From contig OZ253580.1 of the NCBI GenBank assembly GCA_965263035.1, forward strand, positions 1,408,001 through 1,472,000: 64,000 nt of DNA, written 5' to 3'. Below the pieces are notes generated by a model that worked only from the letters and a program-made list of their open reading frames with translations, ran no database searches and had not been told where the DNA came from. The position numbers and the translations under genes are program-made. Positions 29,081 to 38,441 of this stretch are shown one piece after another (positions within the stretch are counted from its first letter, which is position 1; each line of letters starts with the position of its first letter). This DNA is from Acidobacteriota bacterium. Its GTDB lineage: Bacteria; Acidobacteriota; UBA6911; RPQK01; JAJDTT01.

Positions 29081-30612
29081 TGCCCTTGGCTGCGTATCCG
29101 CTGAGTCTGTTGCTGTTGATTCCGCTGACCGGTGCGGCCGTGGTCTGCCTGCTCCCGTCCGGTCGAGAACGACTCCTGAAATGGGCCGCGCTGATCGCAT
29201 CCCTGGCGGCGTTTCTCTGGTCGGTCGTTCTCTTCAGGGATTTCGACAACCAGACCGGATCCTTCCAGATGGTGGAGCAGGCCGACTGGTTCCAGACGGT
29301 CGGTTTTCGAGTCCAATACTACCTGGGCCTGGACGGGATCAGCCTGCTCCTGGTGCTCCTGACCACGGTCCTGATCCCCTTGGCGCTGTTGTCCAGCTGG
29401 AACCTGAAGGACAAGCTCAAGCTCTACCTGGCCTCCATCCTGCTACTGGAGGTGGGGATCCTGGGCGTTTTCCTGGCTCTGGACCTGATCCTCTTCTACG
29501 TCTTCTGGGAGGTCTCCCTGATTCCCATGTACTTCCTGATCGGGATCTGGGGGTCGAGCCGGCGGATCTACGCCGCGGTGAAGTTCTTCATCTTCACCAT
29601 GGCCGGTTCGCTGCTGATGTTGGCGGGGATCGTCCTCCTCTATTCCCTGCTGGGAACCGGCAACTTCGATCTGGTGGAGATGATCGCAATCTTGAATCGG
29701 GGCGAGACGATTCTCTCCCCGGGAATGGAATACGCCCTCTTCGGCCTGTTCTTCGTCGCGTTCGCCGTCAAGGTGCCCGTCTTTCCCCTGCACACCTGGC
29801 TGCCGGACGCCCACACCGAAGCCCCCACGGCGGCTTCGGTGATCCTGGCCGGAGTCCTCCTCAAGATGGGGGCCTACGGGCTCCTGCGCTTCTGCCTGCC
29901 CCTCTTCCCCTGGGCGTCGGCTCAACTGGCGCCGGCGATCTGCATCCTGGCGTTGATCGGAATCATCTACGGCGCGCTGGTGGCCATGGTGCAACCCGAC
30001 CTGAAGCGGCTCGTGGCCTACTCTTCCGTCAGCCACCTGGGCTTCGTGGTGCTGGGAATCTTCTCCTTCAGCTTTCAGTCCATGGAGGGAGCGGCCTACC
30101 AGATGCTCAACCACGGAGTCTCCACCGGAGCCCTGTTCCTCCTGGTGGGCATCCTCTACGATCGCCGCCACACCCGCCGGATCGACGAGTTCGGAGGGCT
30201 GGCTCATTCCATGCCGCGCTACTCGGCCTGCTTCTTCATTGTCCTGCTGGGAAGCATCGGGCTGCCCGGCCTCGGCGGGTTCGTAGGCGAGTTTCTCATT
30301 CTCCAGGGGACCTTTCTCACCAGTGTCCCGTCCGCCGCCGTTGCGGTCTGCGGAGTGGTCCTTTCGGCGGCCTACATGCTCTGGATGTACCAGCGGGTCT
30401 TTCTGGGACGGGTGGAGAAGGAGGAGAACCGCCGGCTCCCGGACCTGAGCCTCCGGGAGGGAGCGATGCTGATTCCGGCCATCGCCCTTTCGCTCTGGAT
30501 GGGGATCGGCTCCGGCACCTTTCTGAGAACCATGGACGGCAGCATTCAACTGCTGGTGGACCGGTTGGACCAGGTACAGCACGCACAGGTAGTCCGAAGC
30601 GATGTCCCTTAA
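29077..30612 (+). CDS. nuoM: NADH-quinone oxidoreductase subunit M
   Basis: FYVFWE, HTWLPDAHTEAPT, LLKMGAYG, AYSSVSH. Confidence 0.96.
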   Translation: MMPLAAYPLSLLLLIPLTGAAVVCLLPSGRERLLKWAALIASLAAFLWSVVLFRDFDNQTGSFQMVEQADWFQTVGFRVQYYLGLDGISLLLVLLTTVLIPLALLSSWNLKDKLKLYLASILLLEVGILGVFLALDLILFYVFWEVSLIPMYFLIGIWGSSRRIYAAVKFFIFTMAGSLLMLAGIVLLYSLLGTGNFDLVEMIAILNRGETILSPGMEYALFGLFFVAFAVKVPVFPLHTWLPDAHTEAPTAASVILAGVLLKMGAYGLLRFCLPLFPWASAQLAPAICILALIGIIYGALVAMVQPDLKRLVAYSSVSHLGFVVLGIFSFSFQSMEGAAYQMLNHGVSTGALFLLVGILYDRRHTRRIDEFGGLAHSMPRYSACFFIVLLGSIGLPGLGGFVGEFLILQGTFLTSVPSAAVAVCGVVLSAAYMLWMYQRVFLGRVEKEENRRLPDLSLREGAMLIPAIALSLWMGIGSGTFLRTMDGSIQLLVDRLDQVQHAQVVRSDVP

Positions 30613-32032
30613 CACCATTGCCCTGCTCCCGGAGATCCTTCTGGCCGTGGCCGGCATTCTGCTCATGTTGGCCATTCCCGTCCTTCCGTCTCGCCACCAG
30701 GTTCGACTGGGATACGCCGCCTCGCTGATCCTGGCCGCAGCGCTGGTCGTCGCTCTGCTCCAATGGGGCGATCACGGCCCCGCCTTCTTCGGCATGGTGT
30801 CCATGGACCCGTTGGGCGGCGGCGCCAGGATCCTGTTTCTGGTCTCCAGCGCAGCGGTTGCCCTGATTTCGGTCTCCTACCTGAAGCGGGAGCAGTTGCG
30901 GCACGGCGAATACTTCCCTCTCCTGCTGATGGCGACGGTGGGGATGTCGCTCATGGCCGTGAGCGCCGACCTCATCATGACCTTCCTGGGACTGGAGATC
31001 CTTTCCATCTCCAGCTACGTCCTGGCCGGCTATCGCCGGGGGGATCCCAGGTCGAACGAGTCGGCCCTCAAGTACTTCCTGCTGGGGGCATTCTCCACGG
31101 CGTTCATGCTCTACGGGATCGCCCTCCTTTACGGCGCGACGGGATCGACGAAATATTCCAGGATCGCCGAGTCGGCGACCCAGGGACAGGCGGACCAGGC
31201 TACTTTTCTCGTGGGTCTCGGACTGCTTTTGGTGGGATTCGGCTTCAAGGCGGCCCTGGCGCCGTTGCACGTCTGGACTCCGGACGTCTACCAGGGAGCC
31301 CCGATTCCCATCACCGCCCACTTGGCAGTGGGCTCCAAGGCGGCCGTCCTGATCACGCTGCTGCGCCTCCTTCATCAGGTATTCCCGGAGAGCGCCGACC
31401 AATGGCAATACCTGCTCTGGATCGCCAGCGCCGCGACCATGATCATCGGCAACGTGGCGGCACTGACCCAGACCGACGTCAAGCGCCTCCTGGCCTATTC
31501 CTCCATCGCCCACGCCGGTTACATCCTGCTCGGCGTCATCGCCAACAGCCCGCGGGGCGCCCAGGGGGTTCTCTTCTATCTGGCGGCGTACTCCCTCATG
31601 ACGCTGGGAGCGTTCGCCGTGGTGCAGGTCTTCTCCCGCCGGGACGAGCAGTTCACCTCGCTCGAGGACTACCGGGGGATCGGCTATCGCTATCCGCTTC
31701 TGAGCGTCTCCCTGACCATCTTTCTCCTCTCCCTGATCGGAATCCCGCCGACAGCGGGATTTTATGGAAAGCTCTTCCTCTTCTCGGCCGCAGTCGAGGC
31801 GGACCTGATCGCCCTGGTGATTCTGGCGGTGCTGGCCTCGGCCGTGGGACTCTACTACTACCTGCAGCTCATCGTCCTGATGTTCATGAAGGAGGCGTCC
31901 TCGCCGCCGGAGCCCGTTCCGATACCTCTGGCGGCACGGATCGTGATACTACTAATGGCCGCTGGAACCCTCTACCTGGGGGTCTACCCGGCGCAGGTTC
32001 TTTCCATTGCCGGGGAGGCAGCAGGATTGTGA
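30602..32032 (+). CDS. nuoN: NADH-quinone oxidoreductase subunit N
   Basis: ESALKYFLLG, WTPDVYQGAP, KRLLAYSSIAH, GIPPTAGF. Confidence 0.96.
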   Translation: MSLNTIALLPEILLAVAGILLMLAIPVLPSRHQVRLGYAASLILAAALVVALLQWGDHGPAFFGMVSMDPLGGGARILFLVSSAAVALISVSYLKREQLRHGEYFPLLLMATVGMSLMAVSADLIMTFLGLEILSISSYVLAGYRRGDPRSNESALKYFLLGAFSTAFMLYGIALLYGATGSTKYSRIAESATQGQADQATFLVGLGLLLVGFGFKAALAPLHVWTPDVYQGAPIPITAHLAVGSKAAVLITLLRLLHQVFPESADQWQYLLWIASAATMIIGNVAALTQTDVKRLLAYSSIAHAGYILLGVIANSPRGAQGVLFYLAAYSLMTLGAFAVVQVFSRRDEQFTSLEDYRGIGYRYPLLSVSLTIFLLSLIGIPPTAGFYGKLFLFSAAVEADLIALVILAVLASAVGLYYYLQLIVLMFMKEASSPPEPVPIPLAARIVILLMAAGTLYLGVYPAQVLSIAGEAAGL

Positions 32033-32493
32033 AGGAAGCCAAGGCCAAGCTGGAACAAGAGGTCCGGAAGTTGGAGCGCGAGCTGCGCGAGGAACTCCCC
32101 GCGGCGCTCAAGAAAGCGTTGCAGATGGGCGATCTCCGGGAGAACGCCGAGTACCAGGCCGCCAAGGAACGGCAATCCTACGTCCAGGCCCGGCTGTCCC
32201 ATCTGCAACAACGGCTGGCCAGCTTCTCCCTGATCAATCTGAGCAAGATTCCCACCGGTCGTATCTCCTACGGTTCCACCGTGGTCCTTTTCGACCTGGA
32301 CACCGAAGCCGAGGTGACCTACCGGCTGGTCACCAGCGAGGAGTCGGACGTCAAGGCCGGCAAGATCTCCACCGCCTCTCCCATCGGTCGCAGCCTGCTG
32401 AACCGGGAAGAGGGGGACGAGGTTCAGATCCGGACCCCCGGCGGGACCAAGAACTACGAGATCATGGAGCTCACGACCATCCACGACGAGTAG
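32029..32493 (+). CDS. greA: Transcription elongation factor GreA
   Basis: GDLRENAEYQAAK, ISTASPIGRSLL; GTG start overlaps the nuoN stop. Confidence 0.92.
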   Translation: MKEAKAKLEQEVRKLERELREELPAALKKALQMGDLRENAEYQAAKERQSYVQARLSHLQQRLASFSLINLSKIPTGRISYGSTVVLFDLDTEAEVTYRLVTSEESDVKAGKISTASPIGRSLLNREEGDEVQIRTPGGTKNYEIMELTTIHDE

Positions 32494-32576
32494 CTTTGGC
32501 GAAGGCCCTGCGCAGCCATTGCCGCAATCTCCGTCCAGAGGGTCCGCTCGCCGCACCGTAGAGGGGCTGGCTAGGA

Positions 32577-35038
32577 CTGCCCTATACCCACAAATAGTGC
32601 TGGACAAACAAGAATGCCTGTCGTAGTCTTCACGACATGGTAGTTCAGAACCAGATCAAGCGCACCTTGAGCCGAGAGTTGGATCGTTTGCACGCCGTGA
32701 TGAGGCGGGAGAAGTTCGCCCACCGGACGGCGCTGGCGGACCGGGTCTGCTCGGAGTTTGGATTTCACGATGCCCGAGGGCGGGCGCAACGGAGCGGCTG
32801 CCTGAAGGCGCTCCGGGAGCTGGAGGCGGGCGGACGGATTCGTCTGCCGACGCCGCGACGGCGGGTGAACCATTGCGGGCCCCGAGGACTGGGCCGTGCG
32901 GTGCCGGAGCCGGTCGGGGTGCCCGAGACGGTGGACGGCGTGCGGGAGCTGGAGTTGATTCTGGTGGAGACGGGTCCGCAACGAGCGCTCTGGAACGAGT
33001 TGATGGCGCGAGAGCATCCACGGGGCGCGGGGCCGTTGGTGGGTGCTCAACTACGCTATCTGGTGGGCTCGGCCCACGGCTGGCTGGGGGGCTTGGGGTT
33101 CGGGGCGGCGGCGTTGCGGTTGCGGGACCGGGACCGCTGGATCGGATGGGATGAGGAACAACGCCGGGCGCACCTGCACCGGGTGGTGGGGCTGAGCCGG
33201 TTTCTGATCCGTCCGTCAGTGAGGTGTCGTAATCTGGCCTCCCGGGTGCTGGGGGAGGTGTTGCGGCGGCTGGGTCCGGAGTTCCAGGCGCGCTACGGCT
33301 ACCGTCCCTGGCTGGTGGAGACCTTCGTGGAGACGGCTCGCCACGATGGGGCCAGTTTGCGCGCCACGAACTGGAGGGTTCTGGGGCAGACGCAGGGTCG
33401 AGGCCGGCAAGATCGGGCGCACCGGGGTGCGGAGACGAGCAAGGCGATCTATGGGTATGAGTTGTGCCGGGATTGGCGGCGGCGGTTGGGGGTGGGACCG
33501 GCGCCGAGGCGGGGAGTGGAACCGATGTCGGAGGGCGAGGGACTGGAGGGAGCGGGCTGGGCTCAGCAGGAGTTGGGCGGGGCGCCGCTGGGAGACCGGC
33601 GCTTGAGTCGGCGACTGGTGGAGAGTGCGCACCGACAGGCGCAGGAGCCGGGGCGGGCGTTCACGGGAGTGGCGCGGGGGGATTCTGCGGCGGTCAAGGG
33701 ATACTACCGGCTGATCGACCAGCCGGAAGCCTCGGCGGTGACGGTGTCCAACATCCTGGCCCCGCACCGGGAGCGGACCCGGCAGCGGATGCAGGGGCAG
33801 CGGACGGTGCTGTGCATCCAGGACGGGAGCGATCTGAACTTCACGCGGCACGGCCGGTGTGAGGGACTGGGAGTGATCGGGCGCAACCAGACGGGAGCGA
33901 CGGCGCGGGGACTGCATCTGCACGCGACGCTGGTGGTGAGTGAGACGGGGCTGCCGCTGGGGGTGTTGCGGGCGAAGCTGGACGCGCCGAAGCCGGGACC
34001 GGTGGCCACGCGGAAAAAGAAGAAGACGTATCGCTGGATCGAGGGACTTCGGGACTGCGCCGAGGTGTCGCGGTCCCTCGACGGGGTGCGGGTGGTCAGC
34101 GTGGTGGACCGGGAGGCGGATTTTTTCGCACTGTTCGCCGAGCAACGAGCGTCTCCGGAGGTGGAGTTGCTGGTGCGTGCGAAGCAGGATCGGGTGCTGA
34201 AGAGGAAGACCCCGGCGAAGGCGGCCGGGAAAAGCGCGGATCCGGACCCGGAGCAGAAGCGGAAGCTGTTCGGGCGCCTGCGATCGGCGCCGGTGCGGGC
34301 CCGGATGCTGCTGGAGGTGAAGCGTCAGAGTGCGCGGATCAAGGCCAGCAAGCAGGCGGCCCGCCCGCGGCGGCTGGCGCGGGTGGCTCGGATGGAACTG
34401 CGCTACGAGACCCTGACGATTCCGGCGCCGCGCGGGAACCCAACCGGCATCCCGTCGCTGAGACTGTCGGTGGTGCACGCGCGGGAGGTCGCGCCGCCGG
34501 CGCAGGGGAAGCGCCTGGAATGGTTCCTGCTCACCACCCTGCCGGTGACCGATGTCGAGACGGCGCAGCAACTGCTGAGATGGTATGCGCTGCGCTGGCG
34601 GGTGGAGGATTATTTCCGGGTGCTCAAGACCGGATGCCGGGTACAACAGCTCCAGCACCAAACCGCCGAACGTCTGAAACGGGCCATCGCCATGCACGCC
34701 GTCATCGCCTGGCGGATCATGCTGATGACGCTGTTGGGGCGAGAGGACCCGGACCTGCCGGCGCAATTGTTGTTTTCCGATCTGGAAATCCGGGTCCTGG
34801 GGGCGTTTGCCGCGTCGCGAGGATTCCCAGCGCCGGAAGACCTGGGGGCGGCCGTGCTCGTGCTGGCCCGCCTGGGAGGATATCTGGCTCGTAAACACGA
34901 CTCCCCACCTGGGCATCAACTGATGTGGCAGGGCTACGTCACGCTCTACGGCATGTGTCTGGGCTTCGCTTTACGAGAAGAAACATGAATGAAACCGGAC
35001 GGCTAATTTGCCCTGTGCAATATGTGGGTAAAGGGCAG
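32577..35038 (+). mobile_element. IS4-family element, copy 2
   Basis: Same TIRs as copy 1; TSD GGCTAGGA at 32569-32576 and 35039-35046. Confidence 0.95.
32637..34988 (+). CDS. DUF4338/DruA-like plus Tn5-like transposase
   Basis: 783 aa; differs from copy 1 at about five residues. Confidence 0.92.
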   Translation: MVVQNQIKRTLSRELDRLHAVMRREKFAHRTALADRVCSEFGFHDARGRAQRSGCLKALRELEAGGRIRLPTPRRRVNHCGPRGLGRAVPEPVGVPETVDGVRELELILVETGPQRALWNELMAREHPRGAGPLVGAQLRYLVGSAHGWLGGLGFGAAALRLRDRDRWIGWDEEQRRAHLHRVVGLSRFLIRPSVRCRNLASRVLGEVLRRLGPEFQARYGYRPWLVETFVETARHDGASLRATNWRVLGQTQGRGRQDRAHRGAETSKAIYGYELCRDWRRRLGVGPAPRRGVEPMSEGEGLEGAGWAQQELGGAPLGDRRLSRRLVESAHRQAQEPGRAFTGVARGDSAAVKGYYRLIDQPEASAVTVSNILAPHRERTRQRMQGQRTVLCIQDGSDLNFTRHGRCEGLGVIGRNQTGATARGLHLHATLVVSETGLPLGVLRAKLDAPKPGPVATRKKKKTYRWIEGLRDCAEVSRSLDGVRVVSVVDREADFFALFAEQRASPEVELLVRAKQDRVLKRKTPAKAAGKSADPDPEQKRKLFGRLRSAPVRARMLLEVKRQSARIKASKQAARPRRLARVARMELRYETLTIPAPRGNPTGIPSLRLSVVHAREVAPPAQGKRLEWFLLTTLPVTDVETAQQLLRWYALRWRVEDYFRVLKTGCRVQQLQHQTAERLKRAIAMHAVIAWRIMLMTLLGREDPDLPAQLLFSDLEIRVLGAFAASRGFPAPEDLGAAVLVLARLGGYLARKHDSPPGHQLMWQGYVTLYGMCLGFALREET

Positions 35039-35040
35039 GG

Positions 35041-35207
35041 CTAGGAGCCTGCGCGGCAGAAATTGATCTACTGCGAAAGCGGTAGAATCGGTCCATATTT
35101 CCTCGATTTCTCGGCGAATAGAACAACTATGCACCTCCAAATCGAGAAAATCTGGCCTCGATTCCCCACTTTCTCGCTACGATCATTTCTACCGCGCAGA
35201 CTCCTAG
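35041..35207 (+). mobile_element. MITE-A copy 3
   Basis: Near-identical to 13382-13548; CTAG at both ends. Confidence 0.9.
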
Positions 35208-35728
35208 ACCTCGCCGTAGACCTCCGCAAGGGCCTTGTTCTCGACCCGGATGCGCGTACGGAGCGCTAGCAGGTTCAGCACGGATGCGATCACTGCCAGT
35301 GTCCACGCGCCGAACATCAGCGGCACCACGGCGATCTCGCCGCAAACGATCAGGTAATTCGGGTGGTTGACGTAGCGGTACGGCCCGGCCCGAATGCGTT
35401 TGGCGCCGGGCACGACCATGACGCGAGTCGTCCATCGCGAACCCAGGGTCACGACCACCCACACCCGCCCGCACTCCAGCAGGACGAAGACGGCCAGCAG
35501 CGGGATCGACACCGGCGTCTGCGGATCGATGGTGCCAAGCAGCGCCAGCAGCCAGCCGGCGTGCAGGGCGACAAGCGCGGGATAGTGCCGCCGGCCGAAC
35601 TCGATCGCCCCCCGAGCCACCAGCGCCCGATGGTTGCGCCGTGCGATGCCCAGTTCCACGAGACGCTGAAAAACCAGAAAGCCGATGATCGCGTACAGGG
35701 GGCTCATGGGAAACGAGCTCAGCATCAC
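35204..35728 (-). CDS. ICMT-family methyltransferase (SrsB/BpsB-like)
   Basis: QRLVEL..ARRN, LGSRWTTRV, GPYRYVNHPNY, RIRVEN; coupled to the type III PKS. Confidence 0.88.
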   Translation of the reverse strand: MMLSSFPMSPLYAIIGFLVFQRLVELGIARRNHRALVARGAIEFGRRHYPALVALHAGWLLALLGTIDPQTPVSIPLLAVFVLLECGRVWVVVTLGSRWTTRVMVVPGAKRIRAGPYRYVNHPNYLIVCGEIAVVPLMFGAWTLAVIASVLNLLALRTRIRVENKALAEVYGEV

Positions 35729-36780
35729 ATCGACTGCAGTAGCAGGAATCCGGCCGAAAACCCCGGGCCCAGGCTGGTCAACAGGTGCCGTTTCGCCGTG
35801 CGGTCCCTGAGCATGCGGTCGAGTACGAACAGCACGGTCGCGGCCGACATGTTGCCGTAGTCACGCAAGACCGCCCGCGACTCTTCGAGCCCCCCGGGCG
35901 GGAGGTCGAACGCCTCTTCGAGGGCGTCAAGCACCTTGGCGCCGCCGGGGTGGCAGACGAAGCTGTCGATATCGCGAAGACCCAGGCTCCGGGTGGAAAG
36001 AAATTCCTCCGTTGCGCGCCGCATGCGCGAACGGACGAGGTCGGGAATACTGCGCGAGAACACGACCCCGAACCCGTCATCGGCCACGTCCCAACCCATG
36101 ATGTCGAGCGAATCAGGCCACGTGTATTCGCCCCACGAGGAGATCGCCGGTCCCGGTCCGTCATCCGTCAGCAATACCGCCGCGGCGCCGTCACGGAACA
36201 ACGCCGTGGCGACGAGGTTCCGAACGGATCGATCGCGGCCACGGAACGTGAGGGTGCAGAGTTCTACGACCAGGAACAGAACGCGACTGCCAGGAGAAGC
36301 CCGCGCACAAGCGGCGGCGCGCGCCAGCCCCAGCACGCCTCCTGCGCATCCCAGACCGAAGATCGGCAGTCTTTGCACGTCGCGGCGAAACGGCAGCTCG
36401 GTCATGAGCCTGGCGTCCAGGCTGGGCGTAGCGATGCCGGTCGTCGAGACGGTGACGATCAGGTCGATGTCGCCGGGGTCGGTGTTGCCGGCGGCCAGGC
36501 ACTCGACGGCCGCGTCTTTCAGCAGGGCCACCGCATTTTCGAGGTACAGCCGGTTCTTCTCCGCGAAGCCGTGCCCGGTTTCCCCGTACCAGCTTCTGGG
36601 CAGGCAGCAATACCCTTCTCCGATCGCCGCGTTCTCGTAAACATCAAGCAGGCGATCCAGGCCCGCGACGCTGCCGGCAAAGAAACTGGCACCGAAATCC
36701 CTGACCTCGTCCTGGGTTATCCGGTGGGACGGAACCGCCGTCGCGATCGACCTGATTCGCGGACCCGATTCTGCCGTCAC
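35725..36780 (-). CDS. Type III polyketide synthase (SrsA/BpsA-like)
   Basis: Catalytic triad in GLGCAGG, HPGG and YGNMS; LGPGF. Confidence 0.92.
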   Translation of the reverse strand: MTAESGPRIRSIATAVPSHRITQDEVRDFGASFFAGSVAGLDRLLDVYENAAIGEGYCCLPRSWYGETGHGFAEKNRLYLENAVALLKDAAVECLAAGNTDPGDIDLIVTVSTTGIATPSLDARLMTELPFRRDVQRLPIFGLGCAGGVLGLARAAACARASPGSRVLFLVVELCTLTFRGRDRSVRNLVATALFRDGAAAVLLTDDGPGPAISSWGEYTWPDSLDIMGWDVADDGFGVVFSRSIPDLVRSRMRRATEEFLSTRSLGLRDIDSFVCHPGGAKVLDALEEAFDLPPGGLEESRAVLRDYGNMSAATVLFVLDRMLRDRTAKRHLLTSLGPGFSAGFLLLQSM

Positions 36781-37055
36781 CGGAACCCCTCCTCCAGTCC
36801 AGTTCTCATCGGGAAATCCTCAAGTTATTGATAAATAAGGGATAAGAAGGCGTTTTCAAGTTCCGGTTCCAGCCTGATCATGGGTTAGGCCATTGGCGAC
36901 AGATTAAAGACAACAAACGACTTGCACAAGACCGAGTGTTTGATCTTGCGTCGCCACCGGAAAAACCAACTTCGACTGACCAGCCCCTGGCCGGACCAAG
37001 CGCAACAAGATCCTATAGCTCGCCACCATCCACGATGAAAAGGTCTTGGTTTCTA

Positions 37056-38243
37056 CTATCGTAGCGGGGGGCTCCAGATCGTCGCTCCGATGTAGCGCTC
37101 GGGGCCGGAGGCCTCGTCGGTGAAGTAGTACACCGCGACCACCTTGCCGTCCGGTCTCTGCACGGCTCGGACGTAGCCGATGTCGCGGCTGGCGCCGTCG
37201 TCGCGGAGCGTGACGGGTTCGCTCCAGGTCCGGCCACCGTCGCTACTGAGCACCGCACGAATGCTGTAGGGCTCGGCCCGGTAGCCGTAGAGCAGGCAGA
37301 TGCGGCCGTCCCGCAGCCGGATCATGGCGGGCGGGTTGCCGACGCCCGTGTCGGAGACGGCGTCGTTGATGTACTCCCAGGTCGCACCGTTATCGGTGGA
37401 CAGGTAGGTCGCGATCCACCGCCTGGGCCCTTCGCGATCGCGGACCGTCACCAGGATGTCGGTTTCGCTGAGCCGCAACGAGGCGGGCATGATGGAAAAC
37501 CCCTCCTCCGGCTCGGGGGCGATCCAGGAAAGGAACTTCCAGGTCTTGCCGCCGTCGGTGGTGCGGACACAGAGGGGGCGGCCCTCCCTGCCGTTGGGCT
37601 TCGCGGCCGTGATGAACAGGGTGGAGGTTTCTTGGCCGTCGACGATGTAGTCCGTTCTGGGGGCGATTCCGGGAGTATCGAAGCTGGGTAGCCGGAACGG
37701 GCCGTCCCAGGAGCGCCCGCGGTCGTAGGAGTAGAACACCCGGCCGATTCCGGCGTGAATGCTGTTGGTGCGGACCGTCAGCGCGAAGTCGGGGTGGGTG
37801 AAGTCGATGCCGCCCTCGCTCTCCCGCAAGGGAGGGATGGTCACGCCCGGCCGCGTGACTCCGTGCAGATACCCCCCCTCGGTGAGCAGGTACCCGTTGG
37901 CGCCCGGATCCTCCAGCGACCAGGTCTCACCGCCGTCGAGGCTCCTGGCCAGCATGGGAATCTCGGGTTTTTCGCGATCGATGTGGTGGCTCAGACCCTG
38001 ATCCTTGTAGTAGCCCATGCCGAATCCGACGAGAATCTCCTCATCCCAGATCCAGATCCCGTGGTTGGCCGGCCACCCGCCGAACATGCCTTTCTCGAAG
38101 TAGACCTTGACGTGGCGGGGCTCGTCCGCCGGCTCCGCACCCTCACTGCTCGATCCCGAGTCGCCAGGGACTGTGCAGGCAACGGCCCCGATCGCCAGCA
38201 CGCCTGCTGCGGCAATGTTTCTCCAAGTCATGGGATCCTCCAT
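37056..38243 (-). CDS. Sialidase-fold (BNR/Asp-box) lipoprotein
   Basis: Lipobox AVAC; Asp boxes SLDGGETW, SYDRGRSW, TTDGGKTW, STDNGATW, SSDGGRTW. Confidence 0.8.
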   Translation of the reverse strand: MEDPMTWRNIAAAGVLAIGAVACTVPGDSGSSSEGAEPADEPRHVKVYFEKGMFGGWPANHGIWIWDEEILVGFGMGYYKDQGLSHHIDREKPEIPMLARSLDGGETWSLEDPGANGYLLTEGGYLHGVTRPGVTIPPLRESEGGIDFTHPDFALTVRTNSIHAGIGRVFYSYDRGRSWDGPFRLPSFDTPGIAPRTDYIVDGQETSTLFITAAKPNGREGRPLCVRTTDGGKTWKFLSWIAPEPEEGFSIMPASLRLSETDILVTVRDREGPRRWIATYLSTDNGATWEYINDAVSDTGVGNPPAMIRLRDGRICLLYGYRAEPYSIRAVLSSDGGRTWSEPVTLRDDGASRDIGYVRAVQRPDGKVVAVYYFTDEASGPERYIGATIWSPPLR

Positions 38244-38441
38244 CTCTTCTTCACATTTCGCCCGAAGCCTATACCGGAATACCCGCCGCCGAACATACGG
38301 ATCCCGGTCAGTGTTGACAAGGCGTGGCGGGTCCCTGTCTTTGGGGTTGGCCGTAGAACGTCCAGGATCGGGCAAGAGTAGAGCCCCTGATCAACGCTCC
38401 ATGCCCAAGCCCGGCAATCTGCTACATTCAATGGACCCGAC

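Noticed and set aside
26335-32032. nuoJ-N without nuoA-I as a novel membrane complex
   Set aside because: Subunits look canonical and split nuo operons are common; the rest may lie outside the window.
30763-32493. 576-aa GreA fusion
   Set aside because: The N-terminal extension overlaps nuoN in another frame; the real start is GTG at 32029.
13382-35207. Repeated ~165-bp units as a CRISPR array or ncRNA family
   Set aside because: Dispersed, with TIRs and target duplications; no repeat-spacer periodicity and no cas genes.
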